NCBI GenBank assembly: GCA_964646945.1 | Contig: CAZYIL010000002.1 | Location: 1-46,976, forward strand | DNA from: an uncultured Marinoscillum sp. | Lineage (GTDB): Bacteria; Bacteroidota; Bacteroidia; Cytophagales; MED-G16 | DNA length: 46,976 nt | Reading direction: 5' to 3' | In this document: positions 1 through 8,934 of the stretch, piece by piece | Layout: each line of letters begins with the position of its first letter | Numbering within the stretch: the first letter of the stretch is position 1 | The notes under the pieces: model-generated | The model's database searches: none | What the model saw: the letters and a program-made list of their open reading frames with translations, nothing else | Told to the model about the DNA's origin: nothing | Position numbers and translations under genes: made by a program

Positions 1-447
1 AAATGCAGATGCAATGCCTACTCTTTGCTTATACCCTTTGCTTAGATTTTTTATTTTTTCATTTTCAAACTTTTCTAATCCACACAATTTAATAACTAAA
101 GTTTTTCTTTCATTTAATTTCTTACCAAATAAACCATTTAGATTTCCTATAAAATTTAAATATTCATGTAAATAAAGGTTTGTATATAAAGGGTTGTTTT
201 CAGATAAATATCCGATTTTCTTTTTAAATCTATTTTTAGTTTTTTTTATACTCTTTCCAGAAATTAAAACATCTCCATCAAAATCTAAAATTAAAGTTAA
301 TATTTTTAATATAGTAGATTTTCCAGCCCCATTCTTACCTACTAAACCAATGATTTGACCTTTATTAACATTGAAAGAAACATTATTCAATACTCTTTTC
401 TTATTATAATATTTTGATAGAGAATCTACTTTTAAGTATTTCAACAT
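1..447 (-). CDS. ABC transporter ATP-binding protein, N-terminal part (C-terminus lies beyond the window start)
   Basis: Own translation of the minus strand from the ATG at 447: MLKYLKVDSLSKYYNKKRVLNNVSFNVNKGQIIGLVGKNGAGKSTILK... It has a Walker A (GKNGAGKST) and, at the window edge, the ABC signature LSKGYKQRV. The frame is open to position 1. Not in the supplied ORF track. Confidence 0.8.
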   Translation of the reverse strand, partial: MLKYLKVDSLSKYYNKKRVLNNVSFNVNKGQIIGLVGKNGAGKSTILKILTLILDFDGDVLISGKSIKKTKNRFKKKIGYLSENNPLYTNLYLHEYLNFIGNLNGLFGKKLNERKTLVIKLCGLEKFENEKIKNLSKGYKQRVGIASAF

Positions 448-494
448 GAACTATATTTGAATTAACAAAATAATAAAAATCTATAGTTTTACAA

Positions 495-1973
495 TTAGTC
501 CTTATTATTATAATTTTCTAACTCATCTTCAAAATCTAATGTTTTTGTGTTTTCAGAATCATTATTGTTATCATCAATAAGCTTAATTTTTTTTCTCTTA
601 AATGCAGGGATTAATTTATTTTCAGAATTCGATGTTTCATTATGAGTTTTATTAGAATTATCAAATTTTTTTATTCTTTCTTCTTTGTCTCTTTTATATT
701 TTTCAAACTTCGAATCTGAAGAATCTTCATCAATTATTTCTTCATCATAATATAAAGTTTGATCATTTGTTTGGTTGACTTCTATTTTTTCATACTCATC
801 AATTTCTCTATAATCATCTTCAATACCAAAAATTATTTTTTCATCTTGTTTTATTTCAGATTCTTCTTTCAGTGGTTTTTCAAAATTATACTTTGGTGAA
901 TCATTTTCTTTATTTTTCTTATCAAAAAGATTAATTTGAGAACTAGAATCATCTACACTATCAACATCTTGATTAACTTGACTAACTTGACTATCATTTA
1001 GATCTTCTTTTGAGTTTTTAAAACCAGAAGCAATAACAGTCACTTTAATTTTTTTTCCCAGAGAATGATCAATACTAGTTCCAAAAATAATTTTTGCATC
1101 ATCACCAACAGAATTTTCAATATATTCTGTTATGTTTTTTAACTCATTCATATTAATTTCTTCTTCTTCTCCAGAAACTATATTCAAAAGTATTTTTTTT
1201 GCTCCGTATATTTCTTTATCATTAAGAAGAGGAGAATTAATAGCCATTTCTGAGGCACGAAGAGCTCTATTTTCTCCAAATGCTTCAGCAGATCCAATTA
1301 CTGCTGTCCCTGCATTTTTCATCACAGTTTTTACATCCTCAAAATCAACATTAATATTTCCGGTTGAAGTAATTATTTCAGCAATACTTCTAGCAGCTGT
1401 GCATAAAACATCATCTGCTTTTGAAAAAGCTTCTCTTTGAGTAAGATTACCATAAATCTCCGATAACTTTTCATTAAGAATTACGATTACACTATCGCAG
1501 TCTTCTTTTAGAAATTTTATACCTTCATTGGCAATTTCCATTTTTTCCTTTCCTTCAAACATAAATGGAATAGTTACTATTCCAATTGTTAATATTTCTA
1601 ATTCTTTAGCTAATTTTGCTATAATAGGAGCTGCTCCAGTACCTGTTCCACCTCCCATTCCTGCAGTAATAAATAACATTTTTGTGTCATTCTTTAAAAT
1701 TTCCCTAATTTCATGACTACTTTCCTTGGCAGCATTTTTTCCTTTTTCCGGATCTGCACCAGCCCCAAGTCCTTCTGTAAGATTTATACCAATTTGTAAC
1801 TTATTTTTAACAGTACTAGAATGAAGAGCCTGTATATCAGTATTACATACTATGAATTCAACATCTTTGATACCTAAAGAATGCATATAATTTACAGCAT
1901 TGCTTCCTCCCCCACCTACTCCAATAACTTTTATGATGGAACGATGATGAGAAGGTAAATCAAAACTATACAT
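495..1973 (-). CDS. ftsZ: Cell division GTPase FtsZ
   Basis: Tubulin/FtsZ signatures IKVIGVGGGGSNAVNYM and GMGGGTGTGAAPIIAKLAKE. A long acidic/Asn-rich linker is followed by the conserved C-terminal peptide LIPAFKRKK. ATG at 1973. Terminal gene of the dcw cluster. Confidence 0.97.
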   Translation of the reverse strand: MYSFDLPSHHRSIIKVIGVGGGGSNAVNYMHSLGIKDVEFIVCNTDIQALHSSTVKNKLQIGINLTEGLGAGADPEKGKNAAKESSHEIREILKNDTKMLFITAGMGGGTGTGAAPIIAKLAKELEILTIGIVTIPFMFEGKEKMEIANEGIKFLKEDCDSVIVILNEKLSEIYGNLTQREAFSKADDVLCTAARSIAEIITSTGNINVDFEDVKTVMKNAGTAVIGSAEAFGENRALRASEMAINSPLLNDKEIYGAKKILLNIVSGEEEEINMNELKNITEYIENSVGDDAKIIFGTSIDHSLGKKIKVTVIASGFKNSKEDLNDSQVSQVNQDVDSVDDSSSQINLFDKKNKENDSPKYNFEKPLKEESEIKQDEKIIFGIEDDYREIDEYEKIEVNQTNDQTLYYDEEIIDEDSSDSKFEKYKRDKEERIKKFDNSNKTHNETSNSENKLIPAFKRKKIKLIDDNNNDSENTKTLDFEDELENYNNKD

Positions 1974-3253
1974 ATATAAAATATTAATTTTTTAAATTCA
2001 TCTAAATCACTGTCTGTGAAAAAAGATTTAAATTTATCACTAAATTCTTTTATTACATCTCTTGAATTAGAAGATAGATTTCTTTTATTATTCTTACTGA
2101 TTCTATTTTTTTTATATCCCGAAATCAATAAACCAACGAGAGTAGAATATTTTGGAGATTTTAAATTAAATTCTGAAGTTGATAATTGTGAATCAGGAAA
2201 ACCTATCCTTGGAATCATTCCAGTCATATATTTTACTAATTGTTTTAAACTAAGTAATTGGGATCCTCCTCCAGTTAATACGATTCCACCCGATAATTTA
2301 CCATTATAGCCACTTAAAATAATTTCTTTATGAATGTCTTGAATGATTTCTTCCATTCTGGCTTCAATTATCTTACAAAGATTATAAGTCGATACTAATC
2401 TTTCCTCTCTTTGTCCTATTCCAGGAATTTTTACATGTTCATTTTTTGAAGCATGGCTTGCTATAGCTCTTCCAAATTTTATTTTTAAAATTTCGGCTTG
2501 TTTAGTTAATACTTGTAATCCATCTTTAATATCCTGAGTTATAATCTCTCCTCCATAAGGAATGATTGCTGTATGTCTCATTACATTTTCATGAAATATT
2601 GCTACATCAGTGGTTCCACCACCTATATCTACTAAGCATACACCCGACTCTAGCTCTCCTTCAGTTAAAATTGCCAATGAAGAAGCCTGAGGTTCTAAAA
2701 CAAGTAATTCTCTAAAAATACTTGCCTTTTCAACACATGAAATTATATTTTTTATATCCGTTTTTCTTGCTGTAACAATATGAAAATCAGCTTCTAATTT
2801 TTTTCCAGGAGTTCCAATCGGTTCCATAGTATTTATTTCTTCATCCACCAAATAATTCTGAGCTGTAACCGCAATAATTTCATCACCCGGTGGAATTATA
2901 GTATTCTTGGCTTCATACAATAATTTCATTAAATGGTCTGAATTAATTTCATTATCATGTTTATTATTAATATAAATAGAATTGTGTCTTGTAAAACTTT
3001 TTATATGTTTTCCTGCAATTCCTACATTGGCTTTTTTTATTTCAATCTTTGAATTTTCCGAAGCTTGATTAACTACTTGACTAATTTGTTCTGTCGCCTT
3101 TTGAATATTTTGTACCATACCAACTGCGACACCTATAGATCTAGTCTCAGCAAAAGCAACTATTTTTAATTTATCATGTTCATCTTTTTTACCAACTGCC
3201 AAGCAAATTTTTGTAGTTCCAATATCGAGGCCAACTATAAATTCATCTTTCAT
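1931..3253 (-). CDS. ftsA: Cell division protein FtsA (actin-like ATPase)
   Basis: Actin-fold phosphate motifs VGLDIGTTKICLAVG, VDIGGGTTDVAIF and LTGGGSQL. Lies between ftsQ and ftsZ. ATGA overlap with the ftsQ stop. The 3' end overlaps ftsZ by 43 nt. Confidence 0.95.
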   Translation of the reverse strand: MKDEFIVGLDIGTTKICLAVGKKDEHDKLKIVAFAETRSIGVAVGMVQNIQKATEQISQVVNQASENSKIEIKKANVGIAGKHIKSFTRHNSIYINNKHDNEINSDHLMKLLYEAKNTIIPPGDEIIAVTAQNYLVDEEINTMEPIGTPGKKLEADFHIVTARKTDIKNIISCVEKASIFRELLVLEPQASSLAILTEGELESGVCLVDIGGGTTDVAIFHENVMRHTAIIPYGGEIITQDIKDGLQVLTKQAEILKIKFGRAIASHASKNEHVKIPGIGQREERLVSTYNLCKIIEARMEEIIQDIHKEIILSGYNGKLSGGIVLTGGGSQLLSLKQLVKYMTGMIPRIGFPDSQLSTSEFNLKSPKYSTLVGLLISGYKKNRISKNNKRNLSSNSRDVIKEFSDKFKSFFTDSDLDEFKKLIFYICIVLIYLLIIVPS

Positions 3254-3993
3254 GTATTATTATTTTTATTACAAATAATTTGATTTTTAAATTTCAAGTT
3301 TACCGACTCATAATAATTCCAACCCTTAGTAGGTAAAATTGTTTTATAAAACAAGTTTAATTTTTCAAATTTTAAAGCAATTTCATCTGCTTTTCCAAAA
3401 AATATTTTTTGTTTTGTTACTTGCGGAATCATAATAATCTCTCCGTCATTTAAAATATTAATTTGTGAAATTTGTTTCTTCAAAAAACTATCATCATTTA
3501 TATATTTTATAAGTTTAAAAATTTTATCTCCCTTTTTAAATGATTTAATGTTTTTTTCATAAGTAAATTTATTAATATCATGATAATTAACTAATAAAAC
3601 TCTTTCAGAATACTTAATTGAGGTAGGAAAAATTTCACCTGTATAATCAATATAATAATCATCTCCATTCTCATTAATTAATCTTGCATAAGGTATATAT
3701 TGATCTATTTTAATATTAATTATATTATTTAAATTTTTAAAAATTTCTATTTTTTTTATGAAATCATTTGAATTTATTTTCTTTTCAAGATCATATAGAT
3801 CATTATTTAATGAATCTTTTAACACTTCATTTACCATTTGGCTAATTTGCTCATTATTAATAAACCTATCTTTAGTATCAATCATTAATTTTGAATCATT
3901 TTTATTTTGTTTTAAAAAAGAAATAAACAATATAAATCCTATTGAAAAAAGAAGAAATAAATAATTTTTTATTCTAATTAAATTATTAATCAT
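3250..3993 (-). CDS. ftsQ: Cell division protein FtsQ/DivIB-like
   Basis: Single N-terminal TM helix (LFLLFSIGFILFISF) followed by a periplasmic region of the right size. The call rests mainly on its conserved position between murG and ftsA, because the sequence itself is weakly diagnostic. Confidence 0.7.
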   Translation of the reverse strand: MINNLIRIKNYLFLLFSIGFILFISFLKQNKNDSKLMIDTKDRFINNEQISQMVNEVLKDSLNNDLYDLEKKINSNDFIKKIEIFKNLNNIINIKIDQYIPYARLINENGDDYYIDYTGEIFPTSIKYSERVLLVNYHDINKFTYEKNIKSFKKGDKIFKLIKYINDDSFLKKQISQINILNDGEIIMIPQVTKQKIFFGKADEIALKFEKLNLFYKTILPTKGWNYYESVNLKFKNQIICNKNNNT

Positions 3994-5134
3994 TTTTTAA
4001 AGTAAATAATTTATTAACTATTTTTTTTGTAGCATCTGGTTTTGCAAGAGAAAAAATATTTTTTTTTAATTGTTGTGTTTTTTCACTATTACCTAAAATT
4101 TCAAAAGCAGTTTTTATCAATTCCTTTTTTGCACAATTATCATCAACTATTTCACATGCATTTATTGACTTCAAGTAAAAAGCATTTTTTGTTTGATGAT
4201 CAGCAACAACATTCGGAGAAGGAACAAAGATTACTGGTTTTCCTACAATACATAATTCTGAAATTGTTAATGCCCCTGATCTTGAAATTACAATATCTGA
4301 ACAAGCATAAGCATAGTTCATTTTACTTATATAAGAAAAAAATTTAATATTAGAGGGAAAAGTATTCTTTTGAGATGATATTTTATCAAAATAATTTTTT
4401 CCTGTTTGCCATAATATTTGATAATCACTCTCTTTTATTAAGGACAAGTTTTCTAAAACACTCTCATTCATCGTCTTTGCACCTAAGCTTCCTCCTAAAA
4501 TAAGTATAGTTTTTTTCTTATTATTTAAGCTAAAAAATTCATAACTATTTTCTTTTAGATTTTTAATATTTAATAAATCTGATCTTATTGGATTACCATA
4601 GCAAAATAAATTTTTAGTAAAATATTTGTTCAAATTCTCAAATGCTACAAAAACTGAATTTACTTTGCTTCCTAAATATCTATTTGTCAAACCTGGGAAA
4701 GAGTTTTGTTCTTGTATTACCGACGTTGTGTTATTCAAGATCGATGCAATCAAAGTAGGTCCACTAGCATAACCACCAAAACCTATTACTATATCCGGTT
4801 TAAATGAATGAATAATAAAAAATGATTTTATAATACTTGAAAATAGTTTTATTGGAAGCAACAAATTCTGTAATAAAAAAGGGATTCCAAAAAAGAAAAC
4901 ATTTGTCCAAAAATGAGGCCTTTTAAGACCACTTATCCATAAACCTTTTATTTTAAAATTATATTTTGGAATTATATCCATTTCCATTCTTCCATTTGAT
5001 CCAATAAATAATATTTTATTCTTTTTATTTCTTCTTTTAATTTCATTTGCAATTGCAAGAGCAGGATATATATGCCCTCCTGTACCTCCTCCTGTTATTA
5101 TAACACTAATTTTTTCGTCAAATGACCTTATCAT
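3986..5134 (-). CDS. murG: UDP-N-acetylglucosamine--N-acetylmuramyl-(pentapeptide) pyrophosphoryl-undecaprenol GlcNAc transferase MurG
   Basis: N-terminal glycine loop ITGGGTGGHIYPALAIA and a C-terminal GT28 region (ISRSGALTISEL...HQTKNA). dcw synteny. Confidence 0.93.
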   Translation of the reverse strand: MIRSFDEKISVIITGGGTGGHIYPALAIANEIKRRNKKNKILFIGSNGRMEMDIIPKYNFKIKGLWISGLKRPHFWTNVFFFGIPFLLQNLLLPIKLFSSIIKSFFIIHSFKPDIVIGFGGYASGPTLIASILNNTTSVIQEQNSFPGLTNRYLGSKVNSVFVAFENLNKYFTKNLFCYGNPIRSDLLNIKNLKENSYEFFSLNNKKKTILILGGSLGAKTMNESVLENLSLIKESDYQILWQTGKNYFDKISSQKNTFPSNIKFFSYISKMNYAYACSDIVISRSGALTISELCIVGKPVIFVPSPNVVADHQTKNAFYLKSINACEIVDDNCAKKELIKTAFEILGNSEKTQQLKKNIFSLAKPDATKKIVNKLFTLKND

Positions 5135-6260
5135 AAGCTAATTCATTATTGTTTTCATCATCATTATATCTACTTACACTTAAAATAATCCCCAAAGTTA
5201 TACCAGTAAAAAGTTGAGATGTTCCTCCCATACTTATTAAAGGCAATGTAAGTCCGGTTACGGGTAAAAGGCCAACTACAACACACATATTAATCATAGC
5301 TTGAATGACCAAAGCAAAACTTAATCCAGCACTTAATAGACCCCCAAATGCCCTTTCACTATTAATTAGTGTTACCAAACCTCTATAAAGTAGAAGAATG
5401 TAAAGGATTAGAACTAAAAAACCTGTTATTAAACCATACTCTTCAATTACAATGGCATATATAAAATCCGAATAAGATTGAGGTAAAAAGTTTTTTTGAT
5501 TACTTTTTCCAGGTCCTTTCCCAAAAATTCCTCCAGTAGAAACTGCTATATAAGCTTGTTCAAGTTGGAAAGGAATATTTTTATTATCAACAAAATTTTC
5601 AAATCTACTAATTACTGTTTTTCCTCTTTGACCTACAAACAATGCTATAGATCCTGCAAGAATAGCAATAACAGATAACATTAATAAATATTTAAAAGGC
5701 ACTCTAGAAATAAATAATAAAATTAAACAAGTAAATAAAAGTAGTATCGCACTAGAAAAATTAGTTAAAGCAATTAAAAGACATATTACAGAAATCCAAA
5801 TTAATGGAAAAATAAGTGATTCCTTTATATTCTGAATATTCATTTGATGTTTAGATAAATAACTAGACAAATAAACAATTAGGGAAAGTTTTGCTAAATC
5901 TGATGGTTGAAAAGCCTGATTTAAAATTGGAATTTTTATCCATCTTGAAGCATCATTAATATTTAATCCAAATTTCCATGTTAATAATAGTAATGGAACA
6001 CATACATATAATGCAATCGTTGATATTTTTGAAAAATATTTGTAATCAATTTTATGTGTAAACCACATAGCAACAAAACTTAATGCTATCAAAAAAAAAT
6101 GTTTGAATAAATAATATTCTGTATTTCCTCCCATTCTTTGATAAGCTAAAGATCCAGTTGCGCTATACACAACTAAAATACTTATAGTAGAAAGTAATAA
6201 AGCAATGATCCATATCCATTTGTCACCCTTTATATTATCTAAAATCCAGTTATAAATCAT
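5118..6260 (-). CDS. ftsW: SEDS-family peptidoglycan glycosyltransferase FtsW
   Basis: Polytopic membrane protein of the FtsW/RodA/SpoVE family (C-terminal LPLISMGGTSQL motif). Located in the dcw cluster immediately after mraY (TAAATG junction). Confidence 0.9.
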   Translation of the reverse strand: MIYNWILDNIKGDKWIWIIALLLSTISILVVYSATGSLAYQRMGGNTEYYLFKHFFLIALSFVAMWFTHKIDYKYFSKISTIALYVCVPLLLLTWKFGLNINDASRWIKIPILNQAFQPSDLAKLSLIVYLSSYLSKHQMNIQNIKESLIFPLIWISVICLLIALTNFSSAILLLFTCLILLFISRVPFKYLLMLSVIAILAGSIALFVGQRGKTVISRFENFVDNKNIPFQLEQAYIAVSTGGIFGKGPGKSNQKNFLPQSYSDFIYAIVIEEYGLITGFLVLILYILLLYRGLVTLINSERAFGGLLSAGLSFALVIQAMINMCVVVGLLPVTGLTLPLISMGGTSQLFTGITLGIILSVSRYNDDENNNELAYDKVI

Positions 6261-7475
6261 TTATCTTAATTTTAAAGTTGATAATGTTAAAATAGCTAGC
6301 AAAATTCCTATCATCCAAAATCTTGCCACTATTTTAGTTTCATGGATACCTTTTAATTGATAATGGTGATGGAGTGGTGCCATCAAAAAAATTCTTTTAC
6401 CACTACCATATTTTTTTTTTGTATACTTAAAATAAGAAACTTGTAATATTACAGAGATACTCTCTATAAAAAATACTCCACATAAAACTGGAATCAACAA
6501 TTCTTTTTTAACTATTATAGCTAAAACTGCTATTATAGCACCAATAGATAAGCTTCCAGTATCTCCCATAAAAACCTGAGCGGGATGTGAATTATACCAG
6601 ATAAATCCTATACACGCACCTACAAAAGCAAAACAAAAAATAACTATTTCACCTATATTTGGTATATAAAGAATGTTCAAATAGTCTGAAAAAATAATAT
6701 TTCCAGACAAATAAGAAAAAATAGCAAGAGTTATCCCTATGATAGCAGAACTCCCGGCAGCCAGTCCATCAAGGCCATCAGTTATATTTGCTGCGTTTGA
6801 AACTGCTGTAATGATAAATATCACAATAATGATATAGAGAATCCAGGTATAATCATTTAAAAACTCTGGCAATAACCATTTATAATGAAATTCATTATTT
6901 TTTATGAATGGAATTGTAGTAATTAGTTCTTTAGAATCATAATGATTTATCTCTATCTCACTATCTACACTATCATTCATAGATGTAGTATAATACTCTC
7001 TAACAATTATTTCATCATTGTAAACCAAAATTAACCCTACAATTATTCCCAATGAAATTTGACCAAAAATTTTTAATCTTGGTTTTAAACCATCTTTGTT
7101 TTTTTTCGATATTTTTAAATAATCATCAATAAAACCAATTAAACCCATCCAAATTGTTACAATTAACATTATAATTACATAAATATTATTAAGTTTCGTA
7201 AATAATATTGTAGGAACTAAAATTGACAAAATTATTATAATACCACCCATTGTAGGGGTGCCCTTTTTAGAATTTTCTCCAGAAAGACCTAAGTTTCTTA
7301 CTGATTCAGACAACTGATTATTTTTTAAAATATTTATTATATACTTTCCAAGGACCATACTTATTAAAAGTGAAAATAGTGATGCCATTCCAGCCCTAAA
7401 AGAAATATATTGAAAGACTCCTGCACCTATAAAATCAAAATTTTTGTCTAAATAATCAAATAAATGGTATAACAT
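6261..7475 (-). CDS. mraY: Phospho-N-acetylmuramoyl-pentapeptide transferase MraY
   Basis: MraY motifs [30 protein letters not shown] and APLHHHY. dcw synteny. Confidence 0.95.
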   Translation of the reverse strand: MLYHLFDYLDKNFDFIGAGVFQYISFRAGMASLFSLLISMVLGKYIINILKNNQLSESVRNLGLSGENSKKGTPTMGGIIIILSILVPTILFTKLNNIYVIIMLIVTIWMGLIGFIDDYLKISKKNKDGLKPRLKIFGQISLGIIVGLILVYNDEIIVREYYTTSMNDSVDSEIEINHYDSKELITTIPFIKNNEFHYKWLLPEFLNDYTWILYIIIVIFIITAVSNAANITDGLDGLAAGSSAIIGITLAIFSYLSGNIIFSDYLNILYIPNIGEIVIFCFAFVGACIGFIWYNSHPAQVFMGDTGSLSIGAIIAVLAIIVKKELLIPVLCGVFFIESISVILQVSYFKYTKKKYGSGKRIFLMAPLHHHYQLKGIHETKIVARFWMIGILLAILTLSTLKLR

Positions 7476-7479
7476 AAAA

Positions 7480-8934
7480 CTATTCCTTTAAACTCAATAT
7501 TTTTTCTACAACTAATTTATCATCAAATGGGTATTTTTTTCCGTTAATTTCTTGATATATTTCATGTCCTTTTCCAGCAATTAAAATAATATCTTCTGGC
7601 TTTCCTTCTGATATTGCTTTTTTAATAGCATTTTTTCTGTTTTTATTTTGAATGATTTTTGTTTTTTTATTTATGCCTAATTTGATATCATTAATAATAT
7701 TTTGAGGATTTTCATTTCGAGGATTATCAGATGTAAGTACTAGTAAATTACTATATTTTGATGCTATTTTACCCATTAATGCTCTTTTACTCTTATCTCG
7801 ATTACCACCCGCACCAAATAAAGTTATTATTCGTCCCTTCAAACTAAATTTATGAATGGTTTTTAAAACATTTTCTAAGGCATCAGGAGTATGAGCATAA
7901 TCTATAACTATAGTTGGACCTATTTTCCTTTTAATAAATTCAAATCTACCTTTTGGCGTATCAAGTTTAGATATTTTTTCTAATAGATTATTTTTGTTAA
8001 TTCCAAGAATACAAGATCCTGCATAAACACATAATATATTATAAGCATTAAATATTCCACATAATTTAAGGAATATATTTTTGTTATCAATTTTAATTTT
8101 TAATCCTTCTATTGAATTAATTAATATCTTAGTTTTATATTCTGAATCCGTTTTTATGCCATAAGTGTGTTTTTTTGCAATACAATTTTGTAAAATATAC
8201 TTCGACCTTTTATCATCATTATTTACTAAGGCAAAAGAAGAGGTATCTAAAATATCAAAAAGCTTTTTCTTAGCATTTATATAATTTTTAAAACTTGAAT
8301 GATAATCTAAATGATCATGAGAAATATTTGTTAAAATAGCTCCTTTTATTTTTATACCTACTATTCTATTCTGATCAATAGCATGAGAACTGGCCTCCAT
8401 AAAACAAAATCTGCAATTATTATTAACCATTTCATTCAAATAGTAATTAATTTCTATGGAATCTGGTGTTGTTAAAGTTGATTTATGAGATTCATCATTT
8501 ATCTTATTTTGAATTGTAGTCAGCATTCCAACTTTTATATTCATATTTCTAAACAAGGTATATAACAAAGTTACCACAGTTGTTTTTCCATTTGTTCCAG
8601 TTACCATTACAACATCAATATTTTGTGAAGGATTATAATAATAATTTGAAGCAATTATTCCTTGGGCAATTCGAGTATTTTTAACCAATACATATGTAAT
8701 CTTATTATTGATGTTTTCAGGAATTATAGAACAGAAAACAGCTGAAGCACCATTTTTTATGGCCTCATCTATATAATCATGTCCATTTAATTTATTGCCA
8801 AGAATTGCTATATAAATAAAATTTTTTCTTACTTTCCTTGAGTCATTAACTATACCAGATATTTGGAAATTTTTTCTTCCATAAATGGAAATAAATTTTA
8901 AGCCAGAAATTACATCATCAAATTCTCTCTTCAT
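7480..8934 (-). CDS. murE: UDP-N-acetylmuramoyl-L-alanyl-D-glutamate--2,6-diaminopimelate ligase MurE
   Basis: Mur ligase P-loop [18 protein letters not shown], and the DNPR motif (TSDNPRNE) typical of meso-DAP-adding MurE. dcw synteny. Confidence 0.93.
   Translation of the reverse strand: MKREFDDVISGLKFISIYGRKNFQISGIVNDSRKVRKNFIYIAILGNKLNGHDYIDEAIKNGASAVFCSIIPENINNKITYVLVKNTRIAQGIIASNYYYNPSQNIDVVMVTGTNGKTTVVTLLYTLFRNMNIKVGMLTTIQNKINDESHKSTLTTPDSIEINYYLNEMVNNNCRFCFMEASSHAIDQNRIVGIKIKGAILTNISHDHLDYHSSFKNYINAKKKLFDILDTSSFALVNNDDKRSKYILQNCIAKKHTYGIKTDSEYKTKILINSIEGLKIKIDNKNIFLKLCGIFNAYNILCVYAGSCILGINKNNLLEKISKLDTPKGRFEFIKRKIGPTIVIDYAHTPDALENVLKTIHKFSLKGRIITLFGAGGNRDKSKRALMGKIASKYSNLLVLTSDNPRNENPQNIINDIKLGINKKTKIIQNKNRKNAIKKAISEGKPEDIILIAGKGHEIYQEINGKKYPFDDKLVVEKILSLKE

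Noticed and set aside
449-488. An inverted repeat, AACTATA...TATAGTT, downstream of ftsZ that might be a terminator.
   Set aside because: The stem is 7 bp and nearly all A/T (one C:G pair), the loop is 26 nt, and there is no proper T-tract. It is not a credible intrinsic terminator.
620-1000. An Asn/Asp/Glu/Ser-rich low-complexity stretch with short SQV-type repeats at the DNA level. I considered a tandem repeat.
   Set aside because: It corresponds to the intrinsically disordered FtsZ linker, which is normally variable and low-complexity. I saw no exact tandem unit longer than about 9 nt.
1132-1716. Antisense ORFs inside ftsZ (1132..1440 and 1528..1716). Similar short antisense or out-of-frame ORFs appear in the track at 2016..2309, 3758..3964, 4042..4347, 5496..5678, 14353..14568, 15145..15348, 15594..15899, 19188..19436, 19593..19841, 22364..22591, 25477..25683, 25902..26129, 27337..27564, 29343..29564, 31485..31697, 33724..34029, 36598..36789, 37698..37898 and 41953..42138.
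   Set aside because: All are nested in strongly supported genes. None has a recognisable motif, and their compositions mirror the sense strand. They are shadow ORFs.
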